Shown: positions 28,573-39,390, numbered from the stretch's first letter. The stretch: DNA of 60,139 nucleotides from Oceanispirochaeta sp. (GCF_027859075.1 NZ_JAQIBL010000003.1:1-60139); one strand, 5' to 3'. Translations and numbers: made by a program. Notes: generated by a model from the letters alone, not told the origin.

Positions 28573-29283
28573 ATGGATGTGAAACCGATTGTTACGAAGA
28601 GAGTCTACCAGGAAATCATTTCTCAATTTGTAGAGATGATCCGCACCGATAGAATTAAAGCCGGAGAAAAACTACCGGCCGAACGGATACTGGCAGAAAT
28701 GTTTCAGGTTTCCCGGCCTTCGGTAAGAGAAGCCCTCAGGGCTATGGAAACCATCGGAATGGTTGAAATCAGAGCCGGTGGGGGTGCCTATGTGACCGAC
28801 CTCAATCTGGCACCCTTTTTCAATACCTTTGCACCACTCCTCACAAAACACGAAAACTTTGAGCTGGAACTCCTTGATTTAAGAGAACTCCTGGAGATCC
28901 GCTCTGCCGAACTGGCTGCAGAACACTGCACTCCCGAAATTGCGGACTACCTGGAAGAGCCCATCCTCCGGATGGAAGCCTCCATACAAAGCGGAGACGG
29001 TGCCGAAGGTTTGGCGGGAGACCTTCTGTTTCACAAACGAATCTCTGAAAAATCCGGCAATTACATCCTGAAAAAAGCTTCGGAGTTCGTAAACTCTCTC
29101 CTGGAAATTTCCATCAAAGGAGGCCGGGCCCTGGTCCTTCAGAATAAAGGAAATGTCAGCCTCCTCTACAAAGAACACAGAAATATCTTTGACGCCATCA
29201 AGGCTAATGATCCCGCAGGGGCCCGGGAATCTATGAGCCGCCACCTGATGAATGTCAAAGAGATCTACCAGAAAAACCTTTAA
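28573..29283 (+). CDS. FadR/GntR regulator (LctA/LldR-like)
   Basis: LPAERILAEMFQVSRPSVREAL wHTH; FCD domain with DLLFH, EH and HL. Confidence 0.92.
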   Translation: MDVKPIVTKRVYQEIISQFVEMIRTDRIKAGEKLPAERILAEMFQVSRPSVREALRAMETIGMVEIRAGGGAYVTDLNLAPFFNTFAPLLTKHENFELELLDLRELLEIRSAELAAEHCTPEIADYLEEPILRMEASIQSGDGAEGLAGDLLFHKRISEKSGNYILKKASEFVNSLLEISIKGGRALVLQNKGNVSLLYKEHRNIFDAIKANDPAGARESMSRHLMNVKEIYQKNL

Positions 29284-30708
29284 TCAGCTGTTCACTACTT
29301 TTCCGGGATTCAGGAGCATCTTGGGATCAAATGCCTGCTTGATCCTGTAGATCAGCTCCATCGAGTCATCTCCCATGCTTTTTTGAAGGTAAGGCCGTTT
29401 AGCAAATCCGATACCATGCTCTCCAGAAACCTTCCCACCGAACTCTTCGGCCTTGTTATACATATCTTCAAAAACAGCTTCCAGCTTCAGATTCCAGGTC
29501 TCTTCATCCAGATCGTCCTTCAGGACGTAGATATGAAGGTTCCCGTCTCCCGCATGGCCAAAACTCTTGATGCGGATATTGTGCTTTTCCTTCAGCTCAT
29601 GGGTATAGAGGATAAAATCGGCCACACTCTTGCGGGGAACCACCACATCGCACTCATCCATTTCTGTGGTAGAGGCTTTGATGGCCTCCAGAAAAGCCCC
29701 CCGGGCCGACCAGATGGACTCCTGCCTCTCCTGGGTATCCGATATAAATACATCGCTGGCACCGTTGGCCAGGCAGATCTCCGCCACCGGTTCATAGGCT
29801 TTTTCGATGTCTTCCCTGCTGTTTCCGTCAAAGGTCAGAAGCAGATAGGCGTCGGCCGACTTATCGGGAAAGTGCTTTCCCAGAAATTCTTCAGAGGAAA
29901 CAATAACATCCCGTTCCATAAACTCGATGGCTGTGGGTGTGCTTTTTGACTTGATGATGGTAGGAACCGTTTCAATGGCAGAGCGGATATCCCGGAAGGG
30001 AATCAGCAGACTCACGGCTACAGGGGGCAGAGGCAAAAGGCGAAGGATGGCCCGGGTCACGATTCCCAGAGTCCCCTCGGAACCGACAATCAGATCCTTG
30101 ATGCTGTATCCTGAGGAGTTTTTCACCACTTTACCGCCGGTTTCAATAATACGGCCGTCAGGCAGCACCACTTCCAGGCCCCGGACAAAATCCCGGGTGA
30201 CCCCGTATTTTACGGCCCTCATTCCCCCGGCATTGGTATTGATATTCCCGCCGATGGTGGCACTCTTCTCTCCCGGGTCGGGCGGATAGAACAGGTCGTG
30301 ATCTTCCACATATTTGGAGATTTCCATCAGGAGTACACCCGGTTCCACCGTCAGGGTCAGGTTATCCTCATCCAGTTCGATGATCTTATTCATCTTCTGG
30401 AGGCTCAGCATGATGCCCCCGTGAATACTCACAGAACCGCCTACAAGTCCGGTTCCCTGCCCCCGGGGAGTCACAGGGATATCCCGTTCATAGGCATACT
30501 GTAAAATGGCAGAAACTTCACGGCTGCTGAGGGCTTCAATCAGGACCTCAGGATAGGCATGTATCCCCGCCAGTTCATCATGGCTGTAGTCTTCATGAAT
30601 TGACGTTCCTGTAAAAACCCGGCTCTCTTCGGTCATGCCGATAAGAGCCCGGATATCCTCAGAACTTATCTTTTTGTATATTTTTGCATCTGTCGTCGTC
30701 ATTTTCAT
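29284..30708 (-). CDS. lctD: FAD-linked D-lactate dehydrogenase subunit (GlcD/LctD-type)
   Basis: [46 protein letters not shown] and SGEHGIG motifs; downstream of etfBA. Confidence 0.85.
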   Translation of the reverse strand: MKMTTTDAKIYKKISSEDIRALIGMTEESRVFTGTSIHEDYSHDELAGIHAYPEVLIEALSSREVSAILQYAYERDIPVTPRGQGTGLVGGSVSIHGGIMLSLQKMNKIIELDEDNLTLTVEPGVLLMEISKYVEDHDLFYPPDPGEKSATIGGNINTNAGGMRAVKYGVTRDFVRGLEVVLPDGRIIETGGKVVKNSSGYSIKDLIVGSEGTLGIVTRAILRLLPLPPVAVSLLIPFRDIRSAIETVPTIIKSKSTPTAIEFMERDVIVSSEEFLGKHFPDKSADAYLLLTFDGNSREDIEKAYEPVAEICLANGASDVFISDTQERQESIWSARGAFLEAIKASTTEMDECDVVVPRKSVADFILYTHELKEKHNIRIKSFGHAGDGNLHIYVLKDDLDEETWNLKLEAVFEDMYNKAEEFGGKVSGEHGIGFAKRPYLQKSMGDDSMELIYRIKQAFDPKMLLNPGKVVNS

Positions 30709-30716
30709 TCTCTCCT

Positions 30717-31958
30717 TTAAACCTGCAAAACAGCGGCATCGGCCCTGGATTTAATATCTTCCAAAAGGAAGGGCAGTATCTCATACAGGTCCCCTTCAAG
30801 AGCAATATGGGCCACCTTCATGATGGGCGCCGCCGCATCGGTATTAATGGCGATGATGAGCTCGGAAGAATTCATCCCGGCCACAAACTGTATGGCCCCG
30901 GAAACACCGCAGGTGATGATCAGTCTCGGCTTGACGGTTCTTCCCGAAAGACCGATCTGCTTGCGGGGGTCCGCCCAGCCGGCTTCAATCAGGGAACGGG
31001 TTGCCGCCAGTTGTCCTCCCAGGGAAGAAGCGAGTTCTTCCAGCATCTTAAGGTCTTCCTGTTTTTTGACACCCCGTCCGGCCACAACAATGACCTCGGC
31101 TTCTTCAATACCCACATCCAGAACCTTGGGTTTTACCTCCAGGACTTCAATCCTGGAAGACAGTTTTTCTACAGGGAGCTGTCTCTCCTCAACCACTCCC
31201 CTGACCTCTGACTCCAGAAGAGCCTCGGGAGCGGAAAAGATCTTATACCGGACCGTGGCAAACTGGGGTCTGTGAGCGGGGGTATGGATGTGTGCCATGA
31301 TATTCCCGCCGAAGGCCGGCCTGATCTGATCCAGATCTGTATTCTCTTTGATATCCAGGAAAGTGCAGTCGGCGGTCAGTCCTGTTCGGAACCGGGCGGC
31401 GGTCCTCGGAGCCAGGGAGCGTCCCACAGTAGTACCTCCTACCAGACAGACAGAGGGTTTGACTTCATTAATAAAATCTTCAAAGACTGCTGTGTAGGGC
31501 TCAATCCTGAAATGCTCCAGCTCTTTCTGATCATACACAAAGACTTTATCCACACCGTAAAGCAGGGTCTGCCGGGCCATGGAAGCTATCCCGGAACCCA
31601 TGCAGAGGGCATAAACAGGAGCATTCACCTTGGCCGCCAGCTCCCGGGCCTTGCCGATGAGTTCAAAGCTGACAGGATGGACTTCTCCCTCCACCTGGTC
31701 TATATAGACGGCGATGCCCTTCCAATCCTCTTTGTTCAGCGGCTTTTTCCCTGGGTGAGAGTCATCTATCTCGATCAGTTCAAAAACACCCGCAGGTCCG
31801 TTTTTCACGCAGAGACCACACATTTTACAGGCAGCGGTTATTTCAATGTAATCTTCGGAAGCTGGACCGCAGGCTATAGCAGCAAAGGGACAGAGGTCTT
31901 CCAGTGTTTGTTTATTCAAGCCTTTTGACATGCTCTGATGTATTACTAATTCTTTCAT
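30717..31958 (-). CDS. lctC: ETF alpha subunit with an N-terminal [4Fe-4S] domain
   Basis: CPFAAI...[30 protein letters not shown] and GVSGAIQ motifs. Confidence 0.88.
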   Translation of the reverse strand: MKELVIHQSMSKGLNKQTLEDLCPFAAIACGPASEDYIEITAACKMCGLCVKNGPAGVFELIEIDDSHPGKKPLNKEDWKGIAVYIDQVEGEVHPVSFELIGKARELAAKVNAPVYALCMGSGIASMARQTLLYGVDKVFVYDQKELEHFRIEPYTAVFEDFINEVKPSVCLVGGTTVGRSLAPRTAARFRTGLTADCTFLDIKENTDLDQIRPAFGGNIMAHIHTPAHRPQFATVRYKIFSAPEALLESEVRGVVEERQLPVEKLSSRIEVLEVKPKVLDVGIEEAEVIVVAGRGVKKQEDLKMLEELASSLGGQLAATRSLIEAGWADPRKQIGLSGRTVKPRLIITCGVSGAIQFVAGMNSSELIIAINTDAAAPIMKVAHIALEGDLYEILPFLLEDIKSRADAAVLQV

Positions 31959-31970
31959 ATTGCGGTCCTC

Positions 31971-32765
31971 CTATTGAACCAAAAGCTTTTCATCCCGGAG
32001 CTTCTCAAAAAGTCTCCGGGTCAATTCTTTAGAACTGCCGGACCATACTTCATGATCATCACGGGTTTCCGGGGGGAAGATCCTCTCCACCTGAGTGGGA
32101 GAACCTTTGAGACCATAGCGGGAGACGCCCTGATCAGGAAGGTCCTTCAGAGACAGTACAGTAATGGGTTTGCCCACTGTTTCTTTCTTTTTTACATAGG
32201 AGGGAAGCCTGGACTGGTAGATACCCTTTTCAACAGAGATAAGGCAGGGATAGAGGACTCTGGCAATTTCTACGGTATGGGGCATGTCCATCTCGACAGT
32301 GATGGATTCTTCATCCGTTTTCAGAATAGAGCGGACATTGGTTACATGAGGGATATTCAGGAACTCGGCGATTTCCGCACCCACCTGAGCGGTATCACCA
32401 TCGGTGGTCTGCTTGCCGCAGATAATCAGATCGGAAGATCCTGATTTCATGATTCCCTGACTCAGGGTGTAGGCTGTAGCCAGAACATCAGAGCCGGCAA
32501 ACTGCCTGTCAGAGATGAGAAAAGCCTCATCAGCGCCCATCATAAAGGCTTCCCGAAGAATCTGTTCTGCCTGGGGAGGGCCCATTGTAACAGCTCTCAC
32601 CTTCCCGCCTTTGGATTCTTTCAGCCTCAAGGCTGTTTCGATGGCATATAAATCGTAAGGGTTCATCTTGGAGTCGATTCCATCTCTCTGGAGCACTCCA
32701 GTTTCAGGATCGACCTTGACTTCAGAGGTACCAGGAACCTGTTTTATACAGACTGTTATATCCAT
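31971..32765 (-). CDS. lctB: ETF beta subunit
   Basis: CIKQVP, MGPPQA, FAGSDVLAT, GKQTTDGDTAQVG and GLKGSPT motifs. Confidence 0.9.
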   Translation of the reverse strand: MDITVCIKQVPGTSEVKVDPETGVLQRDGIDSKMNPYDLYAIETALRLKESKGGKVRAVTMGPPQAEQILREAFMMGADEAFLISDRQFAGSDVLATAYTLSQGIMKSGSSDLIICGKQTTDGDTAQVGAEIAEFLNIPHVTNVRSILKTDEESITVEMDMPHTVEIARVLYPCLISVEKGIYQSRLPSYVKKKETVGKPITVLSLKDLPDQGVSRYGLKGSPTQVERIFPPETRDDHEVWSGSSKELTRRLFEKLRDEKLLVQ

Positions 32766-32824
32766 AGATTATTATTCCTTGTGTTAATCATATGATTCAG
32801 AGCCCTCATCCCGGGCATTATGAA

Positions 32825-32864
32825 ACTATACCACAGATATCTTACTTGTCAACTGGTAAGACCA
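32825..32864 (-). promoter_or_regulatory. lct promoter and operator
   Basis: TTGACA (32852-47)-N16-TATAGT (32830-25) with TG extension; TGGT-N3-ACCA at 32854-64. Confidence 0.75.
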
Positions 32865-32909
32865 CACAAAGGCATAGAAATCATAGAACCATTGAATGAA
32901 AAAAAAGCC

Positions 32910-33180
32910 TCAAACCCGGGGAGGATCTTTCTCTGGCAAATCAACGATAAAGGTAGTACCTTTACACGTCTCACTCATAAAGCTGAGGGTTCCATTGAAT
33001 TCTTCTATGATTTTATTGGAGATTGTCAGGCCCAATCCTATATTACTCTTTGTAATTTTAGTGCTGAAGAAAGGATTTAGAATTCGCTCTTTAATGGCAT
33101 CGTCAATACCGCAGCCATTGTCCTCAATTTGAGACGGTGAGGGAATTCAATTCCTGATCTAGACCTTTTCTGGGTTGTAT
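32910..33180 (-). pseudogene. Orphan HATPase_c C-terminal fragment of a histidine kinase
   Basis: EDNGCGIDDAIKERILNPFFSTK...IGLGLTISNKIIEEFNGTLSF...KGTTFIVDLP (G1, F and G2 boxes); frameshift near 33128; no start codon or H box. Confidence 0.8.
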
Positions 33181-33223
33181 AGCCGTTAAATTAGTATGGT
33201 AAAGATGATATTCCAGACAACGG

Positions 33224-34432
33224 CTATACAACAACACAGTTTCTTCCCGCGTCCTTCGCCTTATAAAGATTCCGATCTGCAGCAAGGATAGACTCTTCAA
33301 AGTCTTTATCTCTGGGTAGCATACCGGCAATTCCGAAACTCATGGTAATTGAAAAACCTTCATTTTCATAATCAAAATTCAACCCCTCAATTTCCTTTCT
33401 GATACGATCTGCTGAAAGCGCCGCCTGTGAGAGATCCATCTTTTGGAGAAGTATAAATTCTTCTCCACCCCATCGGGCCAGGCAATCCTGATCTCTCACA
33501 TTCCTGCGGAGTGCAGCAGCGATTTCTTTAAGAACAAGATCCCCACAATCATGACCGTAACGGTCATTTACCTTCTTGAAGAAATCGATATCGCAAAGGG
33601 TAACGGCAAAGGACTCTCCACTCCGTTGGATCTGTTTAAATTCATACTCCATAAATTGGTTGAATCCTCTCCGGTTTTGAAGATTAGTCAAAGCATCCGT
33701 CAGGGAAAGCCTCTCCAATTCTTTCATCAGGCGCTCCTTTTCCACCATTTCGTCCATCAGATCAACTTTGAACTTGTGCATGACAGCAACATAGATGGAA
33801 AAAAGGACAAAGGTATTTCTCCAGATCAGTGAAAAAGATAAATCAACTCGTAAAGACTGGGAAATGGAATCGGCCTCCATCATGTTCCCCGTGAAGATAG
33901 GAAGGGCAGTGGCAACAAGTCCCAGAAAAATTAAAAAAACAAGAGAAATGGAAGCATATTTATGATTTTGCAATTTCATTCTTATCAAAAAAATTAGAAG
34001 CAGAAACAAGACAAGACAATTAAAAAAACCGAAAATGAGCAAGGGAGAGACATTCAGATGCTTTGAGGTTACTGCAAAGACAAGAGCCATTAGAAACAGT
34101 ATTGCTTTGTAAATAATTTGTGCAGGTACCTCGAAGAAACGTCGCCACCCCACTTCAAGGAAAAGATTCCCCAGGAAAAAGCTTACAATAGTGATGACGG
34201 CAGGCATAGACAAGGATTCCGGCTGTACTAAGGGTATTATGGGAATCATAGAATATTTTAGAAAAATATAATTATAGGCGACGACTGGTAGAATCATAGA
34301 TAGAAACCAGAGCATAGTCCCCTGAAACTGATTTCTAAAATGGATTTTTATTAAAAGTATTAAGATGCTATATACAATTGATATAGGTATGATTATAAAA
34401 CTGAGAGTGGCATAATCAAATTGAAATTGCAT
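33224..34432 (-). CDS. Membrane-bound diguanylate cyclase
   Basis: Multi-TM N-terminus; DALTNLQNRR, DIDFFKKVND, RDQD I-site and GGEEF motifs. The start may be 34432 or 34450. Confidence 0.92.
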   Translation of the reverse strand: MQFQFDYATLSFIIIPISIVYSILILLIKIHFRNQFQGTMLWFLSMILPVVAYNYIFLKYSMIPIIPLVQPESLSMPAVITIVSFFLGNLFLEVGWRRFFEVPAQIIYKAILFLMALVFAVTSKHLNVSPLLIFGFFNCLVLFLLLIFLIRMKLQNHKYASISLVFLIFLGLVATALPIFTGNMMEADSISQSLRVDLSFSLIWRNTFVLFSIYVAVMHKFKVDLMDEMVEKERLMKELERLSLTDALTNLQNRRGFNQFMEYEFKQIQRSGESFAVTLCDIDFFKKVNDRYGHDCGDLVLKEIAAALRRNVRDQDCLARWGGEEFILLQKMDLSQAALSADRIRKEIEGLNFDYENEGFSITMSFGIAGMLPRDKDFEESILAADRNLYKAKDAGRNCVVV

Positions 34433-34542
34433 GTTCACATGATAAACCATAATATTGGGAATGCAAAGTATTTCAGATCTTCAAGGTTGAAAATTCACGA
34501 TCAAACGAAAGGGTAAAAAAATGATTCTACTCCATCTTTTTA

Positions 34543-35666
34543 CTATGATATAATCCGCCTCACCGTCCGTGCATAGGCCCTGATATTCTCAAGGGGGGTA
34601 TCCCTCTCCAGAAAGTCCGCTGACTGGAGCACAAAAGGAAATCCCGAGTCCATCCCAGTTTTCAGGGCGGCCTCGGTAGCCTTGATCACATCCTCCACCC
34701 TTCCATTCTGCAGCACATTGATCTGGTCCACACCTCCGGTGATGGTATAACGGCCCTTTACTGTTGCCAGGGCGTCAGCCAGAGCAGCATCACCCAGTGG
34801 GGGCGGAGAAAAAGGTTCCACCCAATCTGCTTCTGCTGCCACATAGGATTCCACCAGATTCATGATCTCACCGCAATTGTGATAAAGCGTCTTGATTCCG
34901 ATCTCACGGCAGGAAGCAAAAAAACGTTTTTCATAGGGCAGGATGTACTTGTCAAACATCTCTTTACCCAGAAATCCACCGGCTACATTACCACCGACAA
35001 TCATGACATCCGCTCCGGATTCTGCGATGGCCCTGGCGTATGTGGAGATCCTTTTCAGTGAAAATTCCATTAGTTCACTGAAGAAATCAGGTTCCGTCAG
35101 AAACAGACAATATAATTCTTCCAGTTCTAACAGACGAGAGGCATTATTAAACACGCCATTAGGACACCAGACACCGACAATCCCGTCTTCACCCACGGAA
35201 GCCTGGGCGGATGTCACCCTTTGTTTTACAGGATCAAAAAACTCAGAGGAACACCCCGGTTCATAGGCAACCGCCATTTTCAGGTCTTTCATCGATTTGA
35301 TCGGTTTCTCGGTACAGGCATGGAGGAAAGTCCCCGGATAAGGCTCATTGACAGAGAGTTCCTGAGTCAATTCTCCATCCGGGGTCTGGATGGTATACCT
35401 GGTTTTTGTGACAGTCTCTTTCCGGGAGTCAGTTTCCTTGTGGAATTCAACTCCTTGCCGGGGCATTGCCGAAAATTCTTCCATATCAAAAAGAATACGG
35501 ACAAATATATCAAGCCCCATCTCTCTCTGAAATGCGGCAACCGCTTTATCCAGAGCGGCACCGTCTAAAGGAGAAATCTCCGGATAGAGCTGCTGAATAG
35601 AGTGGCCGGGGGAGCATCAGGCAACTCCTTGTTAATTACTTTTAGAAACCTTTCACGTCCCGTCAT
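34543..35666 (-). pseudogene. URO-D/MtaA-CmuA family protein, frameshifted near the N-terminus
   Basis: AAGGAG RBS + MTGRERFLKVINKELPDAPPATLF, then a frame change at about 35595 into IQQLYPEISP...MGLDIFVR. HNCG, GGVDQ and SADFLERDTPLENI motifs. Confidence 0.8.
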
Positions 35667-37089
35667 TCTGATTCTCCTTTATTCTAATTCCGCTTAAGGC
35701 GGCAGTAAGCTGCAGATACAATCCGCCCCCAAACTGGGCACAAACCCGAAACTCTTCTTTTTGAAAATCCGGCGTCCCTCTGTTCAGCTGGGAAGCACCG
35801 CATAAAAAACCATCTTGATTAATTTGTTTTGATAATGCCCTCTCTACCAGCCGGGCACAATCAAGATATTCTTTGCCCAAGAGTCCTTCCCTGTATCCCA
35901 GTGCAAAGGCCGCTCCGATTCCGGCACAGCCGGAGGTATCTGCAAGAGTCTCAGGTTCATAAAAATACACCGGAAAAAGGCCATCCTCCTTGAAGGTATC
36001 CAAAACTGATGCGGCAACTGACTGGAAGGCTTCAATCAAATACTGACAACCCATGTCTTTCCGGGCAAGTGCAATGGTTTTCACTAAGCCTAAAAGGAAC
36101 CAGCAATACGCCCTGGCCCAGTATGGTTGATAAAAGTGTCCGGAAATGGAGGATTTTTGATACACAATTCCCTCCTTCAGCACATAGGGAAGCCTGAGGC
36201 GGATCTGATCCACGGCGGTTTTCATTAAAGAGAGATCATTCAACTGTCCAGCTCGCAGAGCAAGCGGATAAGCCAGGGTATAGAACCCCTCTACAGAAAC
36301 AAAATAATCCTCCAGAATCAGTCCCTCAGCATCCACTCCCCTATCCATGATCAATCCATCTGGACCCAGATGTTTCTTGCAGAATTCATCAAAAATCCTG
36401 ATTCCCGGATGGTCGGGAATAAAGCGAAGAAGAGGGATGAAACAGAGGAGCTGTTCAATACCGAAAAGCTCATTTTCCCGCTTTTCACTGTGAGGTCCCG
36501 TATACTCTAAACTCCCCTTTTCACTGAAAAACCAGGAAATTTGTTTCCTGATTCCGGAAAACAGGCTTTCCGATGGCTGAACCAGCATTTGATCACTCAG
36601 CCCGTCAACAACACAACCGTAAATCCAATTGAAGGGCTGAAGTCCCCAAGGGCCGGTATGAGCTTCCAGAAGGTTTTGTTCAGAACGCGTTTCTTCTGCA
36701 CCGGTTAAAAAGGCAGGGGCAAAGCAGTTCTCAAAGGGATCTCCCGTAAAAACCCAGAAGGAGGATTGAGATGAGAGACGATCAGAATCCTCCTTCAGAA
36801 CCAGGCTGACCTCGATGTCTCCAGAGGGAGCATTTTTAAAATCGATATAGAATGGCTGGAACTGACAGGTATAACTGACTTCACAACGGCCCAATTCCAG
36901 GCCGGATTTCACATCCTTCAAAACCAGGCTTCCCCTGGAATGGAATTCCGAACCGGCGAAGACCCTGCACCGGCAGATGTCTTCACAATTTAGAGGTACA
37001 GGAAGTCTGAGTACCACACCCTCAGGTCCCCCCAGAGCGGCTCCGGATAATCCTTCGGAAAAGTAGGGAGTCTTATTATTGATATGCAT
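35653..37089 (-). CDS. GH88/GH105-like hydrolase (paralog of 24734..26062)
   Basis: WARAYCWFLLG, DGLF and DTSGCAGIGAAFA motifs; start placed at MHINN. Confidence 0.78.
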   Translation of the reverse strand: MHINNKTPYFSEGLSGAALGGPEGVVLRLPVPLNCEDICRCRVFAGSEFHSRGSLVLKDVKSGLELGRCEVSYTCQFQPFYIDFKNAPSGDIEVSLVLKEDSDRLSSQSSFWVFTGDPFENCFAPAFLTGAEETRSEQNLLEAHTGPWGLQPFNWIYGCVVDGLSDQMLVQPSESLFSGIRKQISWFFSEKGSLEYTGPHSEKRENELFGIEQLLCFIPLLRFIPDHPGIRIFDEFCKKHLGPDGLIMDRGVDAEGLILEDYFVSVEGFYTLAYPLALRAGQLNDLSLMKTAVDQIRLRLPYVLKEGIVYQKSSISGHFYQPYWARAYCWFLLGLVKTIALARKDMGCQYLIEAFQSVAASVLDTFKEDGLFPVYFYEPETLADTSGCAGIGAAFALGYREGLLGKEYLDCARLVERALSKQINQDGFLCGASQLNRGTPDFQKEEFRVCAQFGGGLYLQLTAALSGIRIKENQNDGT

Positions 37090-37094
37090 AATGA

Positions 37095-38531
37095 CTATCC
37101 CTGATGCGGAAAAGGATAGGGCCGTGTCCATCCCGCCTGATTGAAAGGGTCTTCGGCATTATCCGTAGCTGGAACAACTTTCTTATCCAGATGAGCTGTC
37201 CTGGAGGACTCCAGAATCCAGACACTCAGCCGGCGGTCCAGCTGGTTCAGGATCTCCGAACAGGTCTTATCAAGTATCAGATTGTTATTCTCCAGAGGAT
37301 CAGCCTCTAGGTTAAAAAGGTAGGCTTCCCCATTGTAATACCGTGACAACCGCCAATTTTTCCAGGCTGCAAAAAATCCCGTATCCAAGGCTCCGAAAAT
37401 GTACCTTTCCGGATTTTCAGACCCGTCAAGAATCTGACAGTCTTCTGAAGGGGATGATTCTATTCCGGCAATGCTAAAAATAGTGTTGTATACATCCGTC
37501 AGATTGACCAGACTGTCCACCTGAGTGCCGGGTGTAAAACCGGCTCCTCTGATAAGAAGAGGAACTGACACAGCCTGATCCAAAAAGTAACGTTTACCGA
37601 TGAGATCATGATCTCCCAGAAAATCACCATGATCTGATGTGAAAAGAACGGTGGTTGTCTCTGCAAGACCGCTCTGATCCAGATAGTTCAAAATGAGTCC
37701 CACCGCATCATCGATCTGTTTCACAAGAGCCAGATAGTGATGACGAATGCGGAGATAGTCTTCCTGGGAAGCATCAGAATAATCCACACCATTCCAGGGC
37801 ATCCTGTTGATGCGGTCTGCATCGGATTTCATCCAATCAACAGGATTCCCGACGGGAGCTTTGATTTGAGAGAGATCAACCTGATCCAGGTGTTCCGCTG
37901 GAGGATCATAAGGACAATGAGGTCCCGGAAATCCTGCAATCACCGCAAAGGACTGATCCTGGTCAAGGGCAGCCAGGTAAGATATCGTCTGATCAGCCAC
38001 CCAGGTATCCACTTGATCTTCCAGAGGAATACGGCTGACGACCGCTCCTTTCTGTACCAGATAGTCTTTGTGATCCATCCCGTGATATTTGTGCATCCCT
38101 TTTGATTTAAGATAGTTCTGGTAGTCATCCTGAATATGGGTGTGCCGTTTATCTTCACTGATGATACGGTCCTGAAACCCTTCAGGACTGTCCCAGGGAT
38201 AAAAGTGCATCTTACCAATGGCAGCTGTTCTATACCCTGCTTTATTCAGGATTTCCGGCCAGGACTTCATACCCAGAACCTCACGGTCCGTACGGAGCCA
38301 GGACCCGTTATTCAGAACTCCTGTCACTAAAGCATTCTGTCCTGTCAGCATGGAAGCCCTGGCGGGAACACAAAGAGGAGTGGGACTGAGGGCCCTTTTA
38401 TAGTTAACACCTTCCGCAGCCAGACGGTCTAAGTGGGGAGTAGATATGGCCTTACATCCATTACAGCTGAGCGCATCAGCTCTCAGCTGATCAGGAAACA
38501 AAACCAGTATGTTCTGTTTTTTTTCCAGCAT
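37095..38531 (-). CDS. Cys-type formylglycine sulfatase (S1 family), cytoplasmic
   Basis: CVPARASMLTG, GKMH, GPHCPYD and SDHG motifs. Confidence 0.93.
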   Translation of the reverse strand: MLEKKQNILVLFPDQLRADALSCNGCKAISTPHLDRLAAEGVNYKRALSPTPLCVPARASMLTGQNALVTGVLNNGSWLRTDREVLGMKSWPEILNKAGYRTAAIGKMHFYPWDSPEGFQDRIISEDKRHTHIQDDYQNYLKSKGMHKYHGMDHKDYLVQKGAVVSRIPLEDQVDTWVADQTISYLAALDQDQSFAVIAGFPGPHCPYDPPAEHLDQVDLSQIKAPVGNPVDWMKSDADRINRMPWNGVDYSDASQEDYLRIRHHYLALVKQIDDAVGLILNYLDQSGLAETTTVLFTSDHGDFLGDHDLIGKRYFLDQAVSVPLLIRGAGFTPGTQVDSLVNLTDVYNTIFSIAGIESSPSEDCQILDGSENPERYIFGALDTGFFAAWKNWRLSRYYNGEAYLFNLEADPLENNNLILDKTCSEILNQLDRRLSVWILESSRTAHLDKKVVPATDNAEDPFNQAGWTRPYPFPHQG

Positions 38532-38536
38532 TAGAA

Positions 38537-39379
38537 TTAACCCTTTACAGATCCGGTGGTCAGACCGGAAACCATATTCTTCTGAAGAAGAATAAAGAGA
38601 ATAACCAAAGGGGCAGATGCGGCAACGGAGACAGTCATCATACCCACATAATTATGCACATATTCTCCCAGGAAACTGACGGCAATTCCGACAGGAAGGG
38701 TTCTCATGGCATCTCTTGTGATAATGACGAGAGAGAATAGAAAGTCATCCCAGGTTTTCAAGGTGGTATAGATAGCCACAGAGAGCAGACCGGGCTTAAC
38801 AAGGGGAACAATAATTGTAAAAAGAGTTCTCATCCTGCTGCATCCATCAATATAGGCCGCTTCATCCAGAGAACGGGGTACCGTATTGAAATAGGCCCAT
38901 AAAAACCAGATAGCAAAGGGAAGAGACAGGGTAATATCCGTGAGGATCAGCCCCGTGAATGTATTCAACAGGTGAAGCTTGGCATAGAAGGTATACAGAG
39001 AGATCAGAATGGCCACCAGGGGAAACATCTGCACGGAAAGCACAAGAAGCATGGCAACTTTCTTTCCCTTGAAGGTATACCTGGAGAAAGAGTAACCCGC
39101 CAGAATGGAGATGATAATGGTCAGTACGACAGTGATTGAAGTGACTATTAGACTGTTTTTATAATAGATCAGATACTTGGGGGTTCCCAGGATTTCAATG
39201 TAATTTGCCAATGTGACAGAGCTTGGTATAAACTCTGGAGGCAGTGTCAGCAACTGATTATTTGTTTTAAAAGATGACAGAAGCATCCAGTAAATGGGAA
39301 AGAGAACGATGACTAGCATCAGATTCACAAAGGCATATTTGGTAATATTCAAACCATGTCTATTTAAAAATTGTTTCAT
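38537..39379 (-). CDS. Carbohydrate ABC permease (CUT1, MalG-like)
   Basis: EAA loop DEAAYIDGCSR; GLTTGSVKG C-terminus. Confidence 0.93.
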   Translation of the reverse strand: MKQFLNRHGLNITKYAFVNLMLVIVLFPIYWMLLSSFKTNNQLLTLPPEFIPSSVTLANYIEILGTPKYLIYYKNSLIVTSITVVLTIIISILAGYSFSRYTFKGKKVAMLLVLSVQMFPLVAILISLYTFYAKLHLLNTFTGLILTDITLSLPFAIWFLWAYFNTVPRSLDEAAYIDGCSRMRTLFTIIVPLVKPGLLSVAIYTTLKTWDDFLFSLVIITRDAMRTLPVGIAVSFLGEYVHNYVGMMTVSVAASAPLVILFILLQKNMVSGLTTGSVKG

Positions 39380-39390
39380 TCCTGGAGTCC

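Noticed and set aside
34543-35666. hemE (true uroporphyrinogen decarboxylase)
   Set aside because: Lacks the MRQAGR signature and has no tetrapyrrole gene context.
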